Positions 1 to 10,322 of a stretch of DNA of 64,000 nt are shown piece after piece (the stretch's first letter is position 1; every line of letters starts with the position of its first letter). The notes under the pieces were generated by a model. That model was not told the DNA's origin. It worked only from the letters and a program-made list of their open reading frames with translations, and ran no database searches. Made by a program: the position numbers and the translations under genes. The stretch is from Bacillota bacterium (GTDB lineage Bacteria > Bacillota > Sulfobacillia > JAJZYS01 > JAJYTV01). The stretch spans positions 459-64,458 of the forward strand of contig JAJYSZ010000006.1 of assembly GCA_021793315.1 (NCBI GenBank). The letters are read 5' to 3'.

Positions 1-1495
1 CGGCAGACTCGAGCCGCACCGCGGCGAAGAGATCCTGGCCGCGCATCTTCTGGGCGATGAAGCTGAGGCCGTCCGCGCCCTGGCTGAGATATGGGCTGTC
101 GATCTCGTTCGGGTCGCCGATCAGCACCACCTTCGTCCCCTTGCCCGCGCGCTTCACCGTGATCGCCGCCTGGTGCGGCGTGACGTTCTGCGCCTCGTCG
201 AGGATCAGAAAGCGTTGCGAGAAGCTCCTGCCGCGGAAGAACGACATGGACTTGAACTCGATGAGCCCCTGGCGCTTCAGGTAGTCCACCCGGTCCTCGA
301 GCGTCTCCCGCTCGGTCCGGTTGCCGTGGGTAGCTCGCCTCGGTCGCTCGAACAGCGTCTCGAGGGCATCGTAGGCGGGCATCACCCACTCGCGCATCTT
401 CTCCTCCTCGGTGCCCGGCAAGGCGCCGAGGTCCCGGCCCATCGGGACGATCTCGCGGGTGTAGACGACCTTCTCCATCTCCTGGCGCTCCGCGAACTCC
501 ATGCCGACCGCCATGGCGAGCAGTGTCTTGCCGGACCCCTGCGGTCCCAGGATGACGGCGAGCGCCTTGCGGGGATTCAGGAGAGCGTCGAGCGCGAACA
601 CCTGCTCGTCGTTCCTGGCCTCGAGGCTGCCGTACACCTTCTGCCCCGGGTGGTAGCTCGAGAGCGGCCGGACGACGGAATCCGCCACCTCCCAGTACCC
701 CTTCTCCTGCAGCGCCACATGGCCGACCCCGAAGCCGAGTTCCTCCTTCGGCCGTCCCCGGTAGAACCGGTCGATCTCGTCCGCCCCGAGCTTGGGCGCC
801 CCGTGGCCGAGGCAGTTGGCGCAAAGCCAGGCCGTGCGGGGCGGGTCCGTGTAGTACACCACCTCGCGCGCGTCCTTGGCGCCGCAGCCCTCGCAGGGCT
901 CGGCCACCGTCGCGAGGATGTAGTCGCTCTCCACCAGCGGCGAGCCTGGCGGGGCGAGGCGCGCCGCCAGGGCTCCCCTCTCCTCCACCTCGCGGAAGAT
1001 CGCTCGGTCGACGGAAACACGGACGATGCCGGAATGCTCCACCGGCCCCGCCTGATCGTTCAGGTAGGCCTCGGCCCTGACGCCTATGGAGCGCGCCTTC
1101 ACCCTGAGGTTGAAGTCGTTCGAGACGAGGACGACCTGCTCGTCCGGGTGGAGCTGCCGCAAGGCGGCGGCCACCGCCAGAATGCGGTGATCCGCCTTCT
1201 CGATGTCGAGGGCCTTCGGCAGGACACCCGGTTCCTGGTGGTTCAGCTCGATGCGCAGCGTGCCACCCGTCGGCAGAGCCACACCGGCGACGATGTCGCC
1301 CTCAGCGGAAAGCTGATCGAGAAGGCGTATCGCCTGCCTCGCGTTCGCACCCATGGCATCCAGATGCGTCTTGAAGCGATCCAGTTCCTCGATCGTGACG
1401 ATCGGGACGATCACAGCGTTGTCTTCTCCAAACATGAGCAGGGACTGGGGATTGTGCAGCAGCACGTTGGTGTCGAGGACGAACTGTTTGCCCAA
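1..1495 (-). CDS. PIN-PhoH (PhoH2/YlaK-type) protein, 3' end runs off the window edge
   Basis: Hand translation from TTG 1495 (SD GAGGGG): MGKQFVLDTNVLLHNP (PIN), SNDFNLRVKARSIG, Walker A GPQGSGKT, LILDEAQN, VVLIGDPNEID. Not in the ORF track because the stop lies outside the window. Confidence 0.93.
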   Translation of the reverse strand, partial: MGKQFVLDTNVLLHNPQSLLMFGEDNAVIVPIVTIEELDRFKTHLDAMGANARQAIRLLDQLSAEGDIVAGVALPTGGTLRIELNHQEPGVLPKALDIEKADHRILAVAAALRQLHPDEQVVLVSNDFNLRVKARSIGVRAEAYLNDQAGPVEHSGIVRVSVDRAIFREVEERGALAARLAPPGSPLVESDYILATVAEPCEGCGAKDAREVVYYTDPPRTAWLCANCLGHGAPKLGADEIDRFYRGRPKEELGFGVGHVALQEKGYWEVADSVVRPLSSYHPGQKVYGSLEARNDEQVFALDALLNPRKALAVILGPQGSGKTLLAMAVGMEFAERQEMEKVVYTREIVPMGRDLGALPGTEEEKMREWVMPAYDALETLFERPRRATHGNRTERETLEDRVDYLKRQGLIEFKSMSFFRGRSFSQRFLILDEAQNVTPHQAAITVKRAGKGTKVVLIGDPNEIDSPYLSQGADGLSFIAQKMRGQDLFAAVRLESA

Positions 1496-1797
1496 GCGAG
1501 CATCCCCCTCGCCGACTGGAGCCTGGTGAACAATTGGCTGTGGTGGCCCGTACATCCTGGCGCGTCGCACCGTAAACCATGGCGGCATCATCTTGGGAGC
1601 CGGGCTGGAACCGGCCGGGAACTGTGCTGCGGGCCTGAGCGCGGCGGCGCCATGTGGTCAGCGCGCCAAATGCGCCGCCACCTTTTGGCACTCGCAGGCG
1701 GTCAGTTTCGCGGCCGCCCAGCCGAAGCGTTAAAGGACGGGACAAACGCGAATGGTAGGACACGCTACCGTCCACCCAACGACGAGGGGGGATTCTC

Positions 1798-2106
1798 ATG
1801 CGTTTTTCGCGTCAGTCGAGCGGCCAGCGAGTGGCGGCGAGAGTGATTCGCTACGTCGACCGGGTCCTGCTGGTGCTCCTTGCCTTCCGATTCGTTCTGG
1901 CGCTCCTCGGGGCCAACCCTCTGAACGCCTTTGCGCATCTGATCTACAGTTGGTCCCTGCCGCTCGTGAGCCCATTCTTCACGTTGTTCGGCTACAACGT
2001 GATGTACGGCATCTCGCGCTTCGAGCTCTTCACCCTGGTCGCCATGGCGGTCTACTGGCTGATCGGCGAGGGCCTCGTGCGCCTCGTGACCATCACCCGA
2101 CCGTAG
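1798..2106 (+). CDS. YggT-family membrane protein
   Basis: SD GAGGGGG before ATG 1798; LLAFRFVLALLGANP..FAHLIY.WS.PLV.PF pattern typical of YggT. Confidence 0.75.
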   Translation: MRFSRQSSGQRVAARVIRYVDRVLLVLLAFRFVLALLGANPLNAFAHLIYSWSLPLVSPFFTLFGYNVMYGISRFELFTLVAMAVYWLIGEGLVRLVTITRP

Positions 2107-2121
2107 CGGAAGGATGAGCCG

Positions 2122-2147
2122 AGCGGCGGAGCGCTTGCTCCGCCGCT
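2122..2147. terminator. Hairpin between convergent yggT and capA remnant
   Basis: AGCGGCGGAGC-gctt-GCTCCGCCGCT, 11-bp stem. Confidence 0.65.
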
Positions 2148-2153
2148 GCTCGT

Positions 2154-2505
2154 TTACTGCCCCTTGGCGCCATGCACACCTAGGGGCCTGATGTCGAGCG
2201 CAGGGTTTCGCTTCAGAGCGGTCGTGTCGGTCCAGGCCTGGAGCATCCGACTTCTCTCGCTACGGCTCAAGGAGCTGTCCGCGACGACCGCCGCCGCGGA
2301 CAGCAACGGCAGCACCCTGAACCTGAAGGTTTCGCCGGCCGGCTTCTTTTCCACCCAGACCGGGAGGTAGCGCACCTGCGCCACCTTCGTGCCGGCCTTG
2401 TCCTTGACGATGTCGAGATACAGGATGACGCCGCCATCGGTGTAGCGCTGCTGCTGGTCGGCGATGAAGTTGCCGAGCGAGTAGGCGACGAGGCATCTGT
2501 GCCGG
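2154..2505 (-). pseudogene. C-terminal remnant of a CapA/PgsA-family metallophosphatase-like gene
   Basis: Frame reads CLVAYSLGNFIADQQQRYTDGGVILYLDI...VRYLPVWV; YSLGNF is the CapA C-terminal motif; N-terminal part and start absent. Confidence 0.75.
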
Positions 2506-2510
2506 GATCC

Positions 2511-2633
2511 GTTCGCCTCGGTGGCATCAAGCTCGCCTGGCTCAACTACACGGCTGTCACCAACGGACTGCCCCTTCCGCCCGGCAAGCGGTTCGCCCTA
2601 GATGTGTGGAACCCCCGGGCCGCCGCCATCCGC
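2511..2633 (+). pseudogene. Inverted internal fragment of a capA-like gene
   Basis: Plus strand reads VRLGGIKLAWLNYTAVTNGLPLPPGKRFALDVWNP, resembling the CapA internal GIKIAFLxYTxxTNG segment, in opposite orientation to the C-terminal remnant. Confidence 0.6.
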
Positions 2634-2746
2634 TGTTGTTCCTACCGGGAGCAAGTCTCCAACTTTACAAACCAGTCCTCGACTTTATGCCCTAGTCCCC
2701 CACTTTGTTGCGAGCTCACACAACAATGTCACAACCATTGTCGGTT

Positions 2747-5700
2747 TTAGGAGCACCCGATGCTATTGCCGCAGTTTAGGCACTTGTAGCACGAGCCGTT
2801 GCGAACCGTGATGTGGCCACACTGGTCACAGATCGGTGCGTCGCCCATAAGCTGCGAGAGCTGCTCGTCCATCGCATCGCGGGGACGGATCTCAAGCGCC
2901 GGCTGCGGGATGACCAGCGGCCTTTCGGCAGGATGCTCGGCTTCCATGGGCTTTGCCTGCACCCTGGCCTCCGCTGCCGGGTGATGCTCAGGTTCGTGCT
3001 CGTTGCCGTCATCGATCGGCTTCACCTGCACAAAGTCGGTTCGGCCGAGGTACTCCATGCCGAGCACACGGAAGACGAAGTCGATGACGGAGGTTGCGAG
3101 CTTGATGTTCGGGTGGCCCTCCACGATGCCTTGCGGCTCGAAACGCGTGAAGGTGAAAGTATCGACGAATTCGTCGAGCGGCACCCCATACTGCAGACCC
3201 TTCGAGACCGCGATCGCGAACATGTTGACGAGACTCCGGAAGGAGGCGCCTTCCTTGTGCATGTCTATGAAGATCTCGCCCAAGGCACCGTCCTCATACT
3301 CGCCGGTGCGCAGATAGAGTTTGTGGCCGGCAATGCGGGCCTCCTGCGTAAAGCCGAAGCGCTTTGCTGGTAGCGGGCGCCGCTTGCGTACCGCCACCGC
3401 CGCTGCGCGTGCCGTAGATGCCACGGCAGCCGTGGCCGGCTTCGGCTCCTCCTTCTTCTCCTCGCTCTGCTCGGCCGTCGACGTGGAGAGGGGCTGCGAG
3501 AGCTTCGAACCGTCCCGGTAGATCGCGATCGCCTTGAGGCCAAGCTGCCAGCTCTCCCAGTAGGCCTGCTTGACGTCGTCCACCGAAGCCTCGTGCGGCA
3601 TGTTGATGGTCTTCGAGATGCCACCCGAGAGGAACGGCTGCACGGCGCCCATCATGCGGATGTGACCGAGGTAGTGGATGAATCGCTGGCCGATGGTGCC
3701 GCAGCGGTTCGCGCAGTCGAAGACCGGGAGATCCTCCACGCGCAGGTGCGGTGCGCCCTCGATGGTCTGGAGGCCGCAGGCGTAGTCGGATGTCTTCTGG
3801 ATGTCCGCGGGACTGAAGCCGAGACGCCGCGCGAGGTCGAAACCAGGCTTGTGCAACTCCTCGGGCTTGATGCCGAGCCGGCTGAGGGCTGCCTCGCCGA
3901 GCACCCACGGTGAAAGCGCGTAGCTGAGTTCAAAGACGCCAGGCAGGGCGTCCTCCACCTTCGCGATCTCCTCGTCGGTCAGGCCCTTTGCCTTGAGTGC
4001 CTCGCGCGAGACGCCAGGGGCCCCCTTGAGCGTCATGCTGCCGACCACATAGCGGAGGATCTCCTCGATCTCCTCTGGCTTGTGGCCGAGGTGTTGAAGC
4101 GCCGGCTTCACGGACTGGTTGACGATCTTGAAGTAGCCGCCGCCCGCCAGCTTCTTGAACTTGACGAGCGCGAAATCCGGCTCGACGCCCGTGGTGTCGC
4201 AGTCCATCAGGAGGCCGATGGTACCCGTCGGGGCGAGCAGGGATACCTGCGCGTTGCGGTAGCCCCACTCCTCGCCGAGCGCGAGCGCACGGTCCCAGGC
4301 GCTGTGCGCGCCCTCGAGGATATTCGCGGGGCACAGGGACTGGTCAAGGCCTTGCGGCGGCACCTCGAGTCCCTCGTACTCGGTGCCCGGGACGCCGTAG
4401 GCAGCCCTACGATGGTTGCGCATGACCCGAAGCATGTCGGCGCGGTTCAGCTCGAAGCCGTGGAAAGCTCCGAGCGCCCTCGCCATCTCGGCGGAGGTGC
4501 CGTAGGCCTCCCCGGTCATCAGGGCGGTGACGCCTGCGGCCACCGCGCGGCCCTCATCCGAGTCGTAAGGAAGGCCCGAGACCATGAGAAGAGCTCCAAG
4601 GTTCGCGTAGCCGAGGCCGAGGGTGCGGAAGTCGTAGCTGACCTGCGCGATCTCCGCGCTCGGGAACTGGCTCATCAGCACGGAAATCTCGAGCACGATC
4701 GTCCAGATCCTCGTCGCGTGGCGGAACGTCTCCACATCGAAGTGGGCCGTCTCCACGTCGAAGAACTTCATCAGGTTAAGAGACGCCAGGTTGCAGGCGG
4801 AGTCGTCCAGGAAGAGGTATTCGCTGCAGGGATTGGACGCGTTGATCCGCCCGGACTGGGGTACGGTGTGCCACTCGTTGGTGGTGGTGTCGTATTGGAT
4901 TCCCGGGTCGGCGCAGGCCCAGGCGGCACGCGCGATCTTGTCCCAGAGGTCGCGCGCCTTGAGTGTCTTCTTGACCTCTCCCGTGGTGCGCCAGGTCAGG
5001 TGCCAGTCCTTGTCCTGCGCGATAGCCTGAAGGAAGTCGTTCGTCACCCGCACCGAGTTGTTCGAGTTCTGGCCGGACACCGTCGCATAGGCCTCGCCGT
5101 TGAAGTCGCTCGAATAGCCGGCTGCGATCAGGGCCGCAACCTTGCGCTCCTCGGCCACCTTCCAGTCGATGAACTGCTCGATGTCCGGGTGGTCGACGTT
5201 GACGACGACCATCTTGGCGGCCCTGCGTGTGGTGCCGCCGGACTTGATCGCACCGGCCGCGCGGTCGCCGATGCGCAGGAAAGACATGAGGCCTGAGGAT
5301 GTACCGCCACCGGAGAGCGTCTCACCCTCGCCGCGGATGTTCGAGAAGTTGGTGCCAGTCCCCGAGCCGTACTTGAAGATGCGGCTCTCGCGCAGCCAAA
5401 GTTCCATGATGCCGCCCCGTCCCACGAGGTCGTCATCGACCGACTGGATGAAGCAGGCCGAGGTCTGCGGCCGCGAATAGGCGTCCTCGGACTCCCTCAG
5501 GACGCCGTCGTCGGGGTCGACGTAGAAGTGGCCCTGCGCGGGGCCGGTGATGCCGTACGCCCAGTTGAGACCGGTATTAAACCATTGCGGCGAGTTCGGC
5601 GCCGCGATCTGGTGGAGGAGCATGTAGACAAGCTCGTCATAGAACGCCTGGGCGTCGTCCGGCGTGGCGAAGTAGCCGTAACGCTCGGCATGGTGGCGCC

Positions 5701-6034
5701 AGGTGCCAGCCAGCCGATGCACCACCTGACGCACGCTCGTCTCGCCGCCCAGGACCGGCTGGCCGTCCTTGCCGATCACCGGGTTGCCGTCGGCGTCGAG
5801 CTGTGGCACCCCGGCCTTGCGGAAGTATTTGGAGACCATGATGTCCACCGCGACCTGGGACCAAGCGGCGGGGATCTCGGCATCCTTGAGCTCGAAAATC
5901 ACCTTGCCGTTCGGGTCCGTGATGCGCGAGGTCCGGCGGGCCCACGCTGTAAGCGTGTATGGGTCTTCGCCCTTGCGGGTGTACACGCGCTGAATGCTAA
6001 GTCCCTGGCGCCCCAGGTTCTTCTCGGTCCGCAA
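2747..6034 (-). CDS. nrdJ: Class II (adenosylcobalamin-dependent) ribonucleotide reductase with C-terminal TSCPD domain and Zn ribbon
   Basis: [44 protein letters not shown], terminal CDQC..CLNC; start re-called to TTG 6034 behind SD GAGGAGG (the ORF-track start at 6352 would run across the NrdR boxes). Confidence 0.96.
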   Translation of the reverse strand: MRTEKNLGRQGLSIQRVYTRKGEDPYTLTAWARRTSRITDPNGKVIFELKDAEIPAAWSQVAVDIMVSKYFRKAGVPQLDADGNPVIGKDGQPVLGGETSVRQVVHRLAGTWRHHAERYGYFATPDDAQAFYDELVYMLLHQIAAPNSPQWFNTGLNWAYGITGPAQGHFYVDPDDGVLRESEDAYSRPQTSACFIQSVDDDLVGRGGIMELWLRESRIFKYGSGTGTNFSNIRGEGETLSGGGTSSGLMSFLRIGDRAAGAIKSGGTTRRAAKMVVVNVDHPDIEQFIDWKVAEERKVAALIAAGYSSDFNGEAYATVSGQNSNNSVRVTNDFLQAIAQDKDWHLTWRTTGEVKKTLKARDLWDKIARAAWACADPGIQYDTTTNEWHTVPQSGRINASNPCSEYLFLDDSACNLASLNLMKFFDVETAHFDVETFRHATRIWTIVLEISVLMSQFPSAEIAQVSYDFRTLGLGYANLGALLMVSGLPYDSDEGRAVAAGVTALMTGEAYGTSAEMARALGAFHGFELNRADMLRVMRNHRRAAYGVPGTEYEGLEVPPQGLDQSLCPANILEGAHSAWDRALALGEEWGYRNAQVSLLAPTGTIGLLMDCDTTGVEPDFALVKFKKLAGGGYFKIVNQSVKPALQHLGHKPEEIEEILRYVVGSMTLKGAPGVSREALKAKGLTDEEIAKVEDALPGVFELSYALSPWVLGEAALSRLGIKPEELHKPGFDLARRLGFSPADIQKTSDYACGLQTIEGAPHLRVEDLPVFDCANRCGTIGQRFIHYLGHIRMMGAVQPFLSGGISKTINMPHEASVDDVKQAYWESWQLGLKAIAIYRDGSKLSQPLSTSTAEQSEEKKEEPKPATAAVASTARAAAVAVRKRRPLPAKRFGFTQEARIAGHKLYLRTGEYEDGALGEIFIDMHKEGASFRSLVNMFAIAVSKGLQYGVPLDEFVDTFTFTRFEPQGIVEGHPNIKLATSVIDFVFRVLGMEYLGRTDFVQVKPIDDGNEHEPEHHPAAEARVQAKPMEAEHPAERPLVIPQPALEIRPRDAMDEQLSQLMGDAPICDQCGHITVRNGSCYKCLNCGNSIGCS

Positions 6035-6112
6035 TGCGTCGCCTCCTCGACCAATATCGGCAGGACGCCCCCCCAGGCCCCGCCCCGCTGCTTTGCCTAC
6101 ACCGCCGCCGTG

Positions 6113-6160
6113 CCACAACATCTTGTGGCCCAAGGTCGGACAGTGAACAACATCTAGTAG
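6113..6160. promoter_or_regulatory. Tandem NrdR boxes upstream of nrdJ
   Basis: CCACAACATCTTGTGG (6113-6128) and GAACAACATCTAGTAG (6145-6160), 32 bp start to start; both match the acaCwAtATaTwGtg consensus. Confidence 0.88.
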
Positions 6161-6271
6161 CACGAGCGTATTCGGCACTTCCGCCTCGGTTCCTGCCGAC
6201 ATAGCGTTCTGTTCGTTCGACACGTGGACCATGCACAAAGGCCCACTCTGCGGTATGCTGCACAGAGGGAG

Positions 6272-7555
6272 GTGTCCATCCTGCGGCGCGTGCGCTGGCT
6301 GGCCACGGTCGTTCCGGTGGTGGGCCTGATCCTTCTGGGCCTGTTCCGCCATCTGGTCATCGACCGCATGCTACCCGGGCAGTCGGGGTGGATCGTTGAA
6401 ACAGCGATCCTCGTCGTGCTTGCGCTGGTCTTCTCGACGTTTGTGGTAGGTGTGTTCGACCGCCTCCAGCGTGACCTCTCGAAACTGTACGCAGACGCCT
6501 CGGCAGGGCGCGATCGCCTGCAGGCCGTACAGGAAGCTGGTCTCGCCCTGGCCTCGGACCTCGCCCTGGACCGTCTGCTGCAACGGGTCGTGGACCTGTC
6601 GCGTCAGATCATCCAGGCGCGCTACGCGGCGCTCGGCGTCTTCGGCGAGGACGGCGAAACGCAGCGCTTCATCTACAGCAGGCAGGACCAGAGCTACGGT
6701 GCGGCGACTCTGCCGCTCGACCGCAAGGACGGCAACTTCCTCTCGGTGCCGGTTACCTACCAGGGCAAGGCCATCGGCCACTTGTACATCGCCGACAAGG
6801 AATCCGGACACGCATTTGATGAGGCCGATCGGGAGATGGCCGAGCTGTTCGCCGCCCATGCAGCCGTGGCGCTAACGAACGCCCGCCTCTACCAGCAAGT
6901 GCAGCGCCTGGCAGTCGTCGAGGAACGCCAGCGGATTGGCATGGACCTGCACGACGGCACTATCCAGCAGTTGTACGCCATCGGCCTGATGCTGGAGTCC
7001 GTGATCGTCATGCTCGGAGAGCAACCGTCAAACGCCGCGGCGCGCGACCGCCTCGACCGGGTAGCCGATCAGCTGAATCAGACGATCGACAACATCCGCC
7101 ACTACATCTTCGATTTGCGATCCGAGACACCTGGACTGATGTTGCCCGAAGCCCTGATGCAGATCGCGACGCAGATCGGCGTGCAGCCGATCACCCGCGT
7201 CGACATGCAGACGGACGCCTGGCAGCGGCTGTCCCGAGATCAAACGGCTGCACTCTGGCACATCGCACGCGAGGTATTCTCCAACGCCGCCCGGCACGCC
7301 CACCCGCACAAGATCCTGGTAACCGTCGGCAACGAACCGGGTGGAAGCGTCCTGATCCAGTTCCGCGACGACGGCGAGGGCTTTGACGCCCAACAGGAGT
7401 TTGACGAGTCCCACCACGGGCTGCGCAACATGCGCATCCGAGCACGCCAGCAGCACGGCGATCTGCAGATCCTCTCGGCGCGTGGCAAGGGAACGACAGT
7501 GCAGGTGCGATTCAAGCCGGAGGAGAATTCCCTCGTAGAGGAGGACGCGGAGTAG
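6272..7555 (+). CDS. Membrane sensor histidine kinase, GAF + HisKA_3 + HATPase (DevS/NarX-like)
   Basis: Two N-terminal TM segments, GAF region, H-box [41 protein letters not shown]; start uncertain (6224, 6272 or 6281). Confidence 0.9.
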   Translation: MSILRRVRWLATVVPVVGLILLGLFRHLVIDRMLPGQSGWIVETAILVVLALVFSTFVVGVFDRLQRDLSKLYADASAGRDRLQAVQEAGLALASDLALDRLLQRVVDLSRQIIQARYAALGVFGEDGETQRFIYSRQDQSYGAATLPLDRKDGNFLSVPVTYQGKAIGHLYIADKESGHAFDEADREMAELFAAHAAVALTNARLYQQVQRLAVVEERQRIGMDLHDGTIQQLYAIGLMLESVIVMLGEQPSNAAARDRLDRVADQLNQTIDNIRHYIFDLRSETPGLMLPEALMQIATQIGVQPITRVDMQTDAWQRLSRDQTAALWHIAREVFSNAARHAHPHKILVTVGNEPGGSVLIQFRDDGEGFDAQQEFDESHHGLRNMRIRARQQHGDLQILSARGKGTTVQVRFKPEENSLVEEDAE

Positions 7556-8227
7556 ATGGCTCAAGAGATCCGATTGGTGATCGTAGACGATCACGAAGTT
7601 GTCCGGATGGGGCTTAGCTCCCTCTTTGAAAGTCACCCCGAGGTCAAGGTGGTCGGTCAGGCAGGCAGTGTCGCAGAGGCCCTGGAGGTCGTGCGCCAGG
7701 AGCTGCCGGACGTCGTCGTGATGGATGTCCGCCTGGGTGACGGCAGCGGCGTCGAGGCATGCCGCGAGATCCGCTCCGAACTGCCCGACACCCGTGTCAT
7801 CATGCTCACGTCGTACTCCGACGACGAGGCGCTGTTCGCTTCGATCATGGCAGGCGCGTCAGGCTACATCCTCAAGCAGACGCGCGGTCGGGTCGTCGTG
7901 GAAGCCGTGACGACCGTGGCGCGTGGCGGCTCGCTGTTCGACCCGCTGGTGGCGGGCCGTGTGCTTGAGCGCCTGCGCGGCCAGACGACGACGCGACCGG
8001 ACGACCCCATCTCGTCGCTTACCCCACAGGAACGCCGCATTCTCCACCTGATCGCGGACGGCAAGACGAACAAGGAAATCGCGAAGGAAGTCTACCTGAG
8101 CGACAAGACCGTCAAGCACTACGTCTCGAACATCCTGCAAAAGCTCGGCCTGGCCCGGCGCTCGGAGGCGGCCGCCTTCATCGCCCGCTTCGAGGCCGAA
8201 CACGGCGGTGACGAGTCTCAAAGCTGA
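7556..8227 (+). CDS. NarL/DevR-family response regulator
   Basis: IVDDHEVVRMG, PDVVVMDVRL, LuxR HTH LTPQERRIL..GKTNKEIA..LSDKTVKHYVSNILQKL. Confidence 0.95.
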   Translation: MAQEIRLVIVDDHEVVRMGLSSLFESHPEVKVVGQAGSVAEALEVVRQELPDVVVMDVRLGDGSGVEACREIRSELPDTRVIMLTSYSDDEALFASIMAGASGYILKQTRGRVVVEAVTTVARGGSLFDPLVAGRVLERLRGQTTTRPDDPISSLTPQERRILHLIADGKTNKEIAKEVYLSDKTVKHYVSNILQKLGLARRSEAAAFIARFEAEHGGDESQS

Positions 8228-8262
8228 CCCGCGGCAGCACCGCGCGCCATCATGTCATATAT

Positions 8263-8298
8263 GGAGCGATCCATCGGCCTAAGGCCGTGGATCGCTCC
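8263..8298. terminator. Long hairpin between convergent response regulator and leucine dehydrogenase
   Basis: GGAGCGATCCA-t-CGGCC-taa-GGCCG-TGGATCGCTCC followed by TTT. Confidence 0.8.
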
Positions 8299-8343
8299 TT
8301 TCCGTCTTAGGGACTACACCCGCGAGGCCTGGGGCGGCAACCT

Positions 8344-9414
8344 TCAGTCGCGTCTCGGCACGAAGTGCCGCTGCTGCTGCGCAAGGGCGGCGATGCGGTC
8401 CTCCGCGATCCGCTCCGCCGCCACCTCGGTCGTGACGCCCTCGGCCTCGGCTCGCAGGTAGACCTGGCGCAACCGCTCGCCGATCCGCTCGACGCGCGCG
8501 AAGGCGCGTTCATGGTTGTAGCCGCCATCCTCGAACTCGTCCGCGATGTTGACGATGCCGCCACCGTTCACGATGAAGTCCGGCGCATAGAGGATACCGC
8601 GGCGCCTGAGCTCCTCGGCCATCTCAGGAACCGCGAGTTGGTTGTTGGCCGATCCGCAGATGATCCGCGTCTTGAACCGGTCGATCGTGTCCCGGTGGAC
8701 CGACAGGCCTAAAGCACAGGGCGAGAAGACGTCGCACTCCACGTCGTAGATGGCGTCTGGCTCGACCACCGTGGCGCCCGTGGCCGCGGCGGTGCGCTCC
8801 GCGCGTTCAGGCCGGACGTCGGAGACGAAGAGTTCGGCGCCGTCCGCCGCCAGACGCCTGGCGAGGTCCGAACCGACATTGCCAGCTCCCTGGATCGCGA
8901 TGCGCCGGCCCCGGGGGTCCGGGCTACCGAAGACCTGCTGCAGGCTGGCACGGATCGAGGCGTAGGTGCCGAGCGCCGCCGCCTTCGAGGGGTCGCCGCT
9001 TTTGTGCGGACGGCCAACGAGATAGCGCGTCGACTGCGCCATCACCTCGACATCGTCCGGTGTCAGCCCGACGTCCTCACCTGTGTAGATGCGTCCGCCC
9101 AGCATCTCGACGAAGCGGCCGGCGGCACGCAGCAGGATGTCGTTCTTGTCCTCCGGATCATTGAAGATGACGCACTTGGAACCGCCGAAGTCGATGCCGG
9201 CGAAGGCGTTTTTGTAGGTCATGCCGCGCGACAGCCGGAGCGCGTCGGCGATCGCCTCGTCCTCGCTCGCGTAATGCCAGTTGCGCATGCCGCCAAGTGC
9301 AGGGCCGAGCGTCGTGTCGTGCAGGGCGATGATCATTCTCAGGCCAGACGTCTTGTCATAATTGAAAATCAGCTGTTCGTGGCCGTTCTCCGCCATAGCT
9401 CGGAAGATGTCCAT
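8344..9414 (-). CDS. ldh: Glu/Leu/Phe/Val dehydrogenase (leucine dehydrogenase type)
   Basis: IALHDTTLGPALGG, LSRGMTYK, QGAGNVG, FSPCALG, GSANNQL, YAPDFIVNGGG. Confidence 0.9.
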   Translation of the reverse strand: MDIFRAMAENGHEQLIFNYDKTSGLRMIIALHDTTLGPALGGMRNWHYASEDEAIADALRLSRGMTYKNAFAGIDFGGSKCVIFNDPEDKNDILLRAAGRFVEMLGGRIYTGEDVGLTPDDVEVMAQSTRYLVGRPHKSGDPSKAAALGTYASIRASLQQVFGSPDPRGRRIAIQGAGNVGSDLARRLAADGAELFVSDVRPERAERTAAATGATVVEPDAIYDVECDVFSPCALGLSVHRDTIDRFKTRIICGSANNQLAVPEMAEELRRRGILYAPDFIVNGGGIVNIADEFEDGGYNHERAFARVERIGERLRQVYLRAEAEGVTTEVAAERIAEDRIAALAQQQRHFVPRRD

Positions 9415-9530
9415 GAAAGGGCCTCCTTCATCGTTTCAGACACCGAACGGAACCGGCGTCTCCCCCCGAAGCAGAACCCACCCTTCCCCGGCATACCCCC
9501 CGTCCCCGCTCCGCCGGCCCGCCAGCCGCT

Positions 9531-10322
9531 CTAGCCGTGCATGCCGGACCCCGCGTAGGTGTAGAAGCCCCTGCCCTGCCACCGCCCAGTGAATCCCGCC
9601 TGCACCAGGCGGCGAAGCGCCGGTGCGGGCCGGTAACGATTCTCGCCGTAGTGGTCGTAGAGCGCCAGGAGGCCGCCAAGCACCTCGTCCAGTCCGATGC
9701 GGTCGCCCCAGGCCAACGGCCCTTCAGGGTAGTTGACGCCTAGCAGCATGGCGCGGTCGATGTCCGGCGCCTGGGCCACGCCCTCACCCAGGGCGAAGGC
9801 GGCCTCGTTCACCAGGGTCACGACGACGCGCGGCAAGGTCATGCCTGGTGCGTCGGGCCCAGGGTAACTCTGGCCGAACAGGTCCTGCGCGAGGGAGAGT
9901 ACGCGGTCATAGGTGCGCTCATGACTCAGGAGCCCCCTGGCCACGGCGACGCCGCGCATGCGCTCGAGCGGAGGTACCGCACCGATCGAGAACACGCGGC
10001 CCGGATGGCGCAGATAGGCACCGAGCGAGGTCGGCCCCGCTGCGAAGCCCGACACCACGATCGCCGCCTCGGGAGAGATCTGCGTTTCGAGGAACTGCAG
10101 ACCCGCGATGAAGGAGCGCCTGGGGTGGACGGAGGTCACGATGACAGTTTCGGTGTCGGCCGCCTCGGAAGGGTCCCGCAGCACGCGCATGCCTGGGGGC
10201 AGGAGAGGCGCGATGCGGCCCGGCCGCAGGTAACGGACGCTCAGGCCCCGCTCCTGGGCGAGCGTCGCCAGCTCAAGCCCGAGGACGGACTCGCCGGAGA
10301 CCACGAACTCAGGGCTGCTCAT
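9531..10322 (-). CDS. 3-hydroxyacyl-CoA dehydrogenase C-terminal-type subunit with degenerate Rossmann domain (second half of a split PaaH-like enzyme)
   Basis: LVNEAAFALGEGVA..DIDRAMLLGVNYPEGPLAWGDRIGLD..Y...RYRPAP.L; start ATG 10322 overlaps the upstream gene's stop; no GxGxxG motif. Confidence 0.8.
   Translation of the reverse strand: MSSPEFVVSGESVLGLELATLAQERGLSVRYLRPGRIAPLLPPGMRVLRDPSEAADTETVIVTSVHPRRSFIAGLQFLETQISPEAAIVVSGFAAGPTSLGAYLRHPGRVFSIGAVPPLERMRGVAVARGLLSHERTYDRVLSLAQDLFGQSYPGPDAPGMTLPRVVVTLVNEAAFALGEGVAQAPDIDRAMLLGVNYPEGPLAWGDRIGLDEVLGGLLALYDHYGENRYRPAPALRRLVQAGFTGRWQGRGFYTYAGSGMHG

Noticed and set aside
1720-1760. sigmaH-like promoter before yggT (AAAGGA...GAAT)
   Set aside because: Spacing is 5-6 nt too short for the consensus
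173-1846. 557-aa plus-strand ORF
   Set aside because: Antisense shadow of the PIN-PhoH gene; no motifs, typical of high-GC DNA
2747-6034. Intein or intron in nrdJ
   Set aside because: Catalytic motifs are contiguous; no splice-junction residues or LAGLIDADG insert seen
6185-6222. GAAC repeats upstream of nrdJ as an SOS box
   Set aside because: Best match AGAACGCTATGTCG has two core mismatches; the spacing fits no LexA consensus I know
6035-6352. 106-aa N-terminal extension of NrdJ given by the ORF track
   Set aside because: Runs across the NrdR boxes and the divergent kinase start; a strong SD supports TTG 6034
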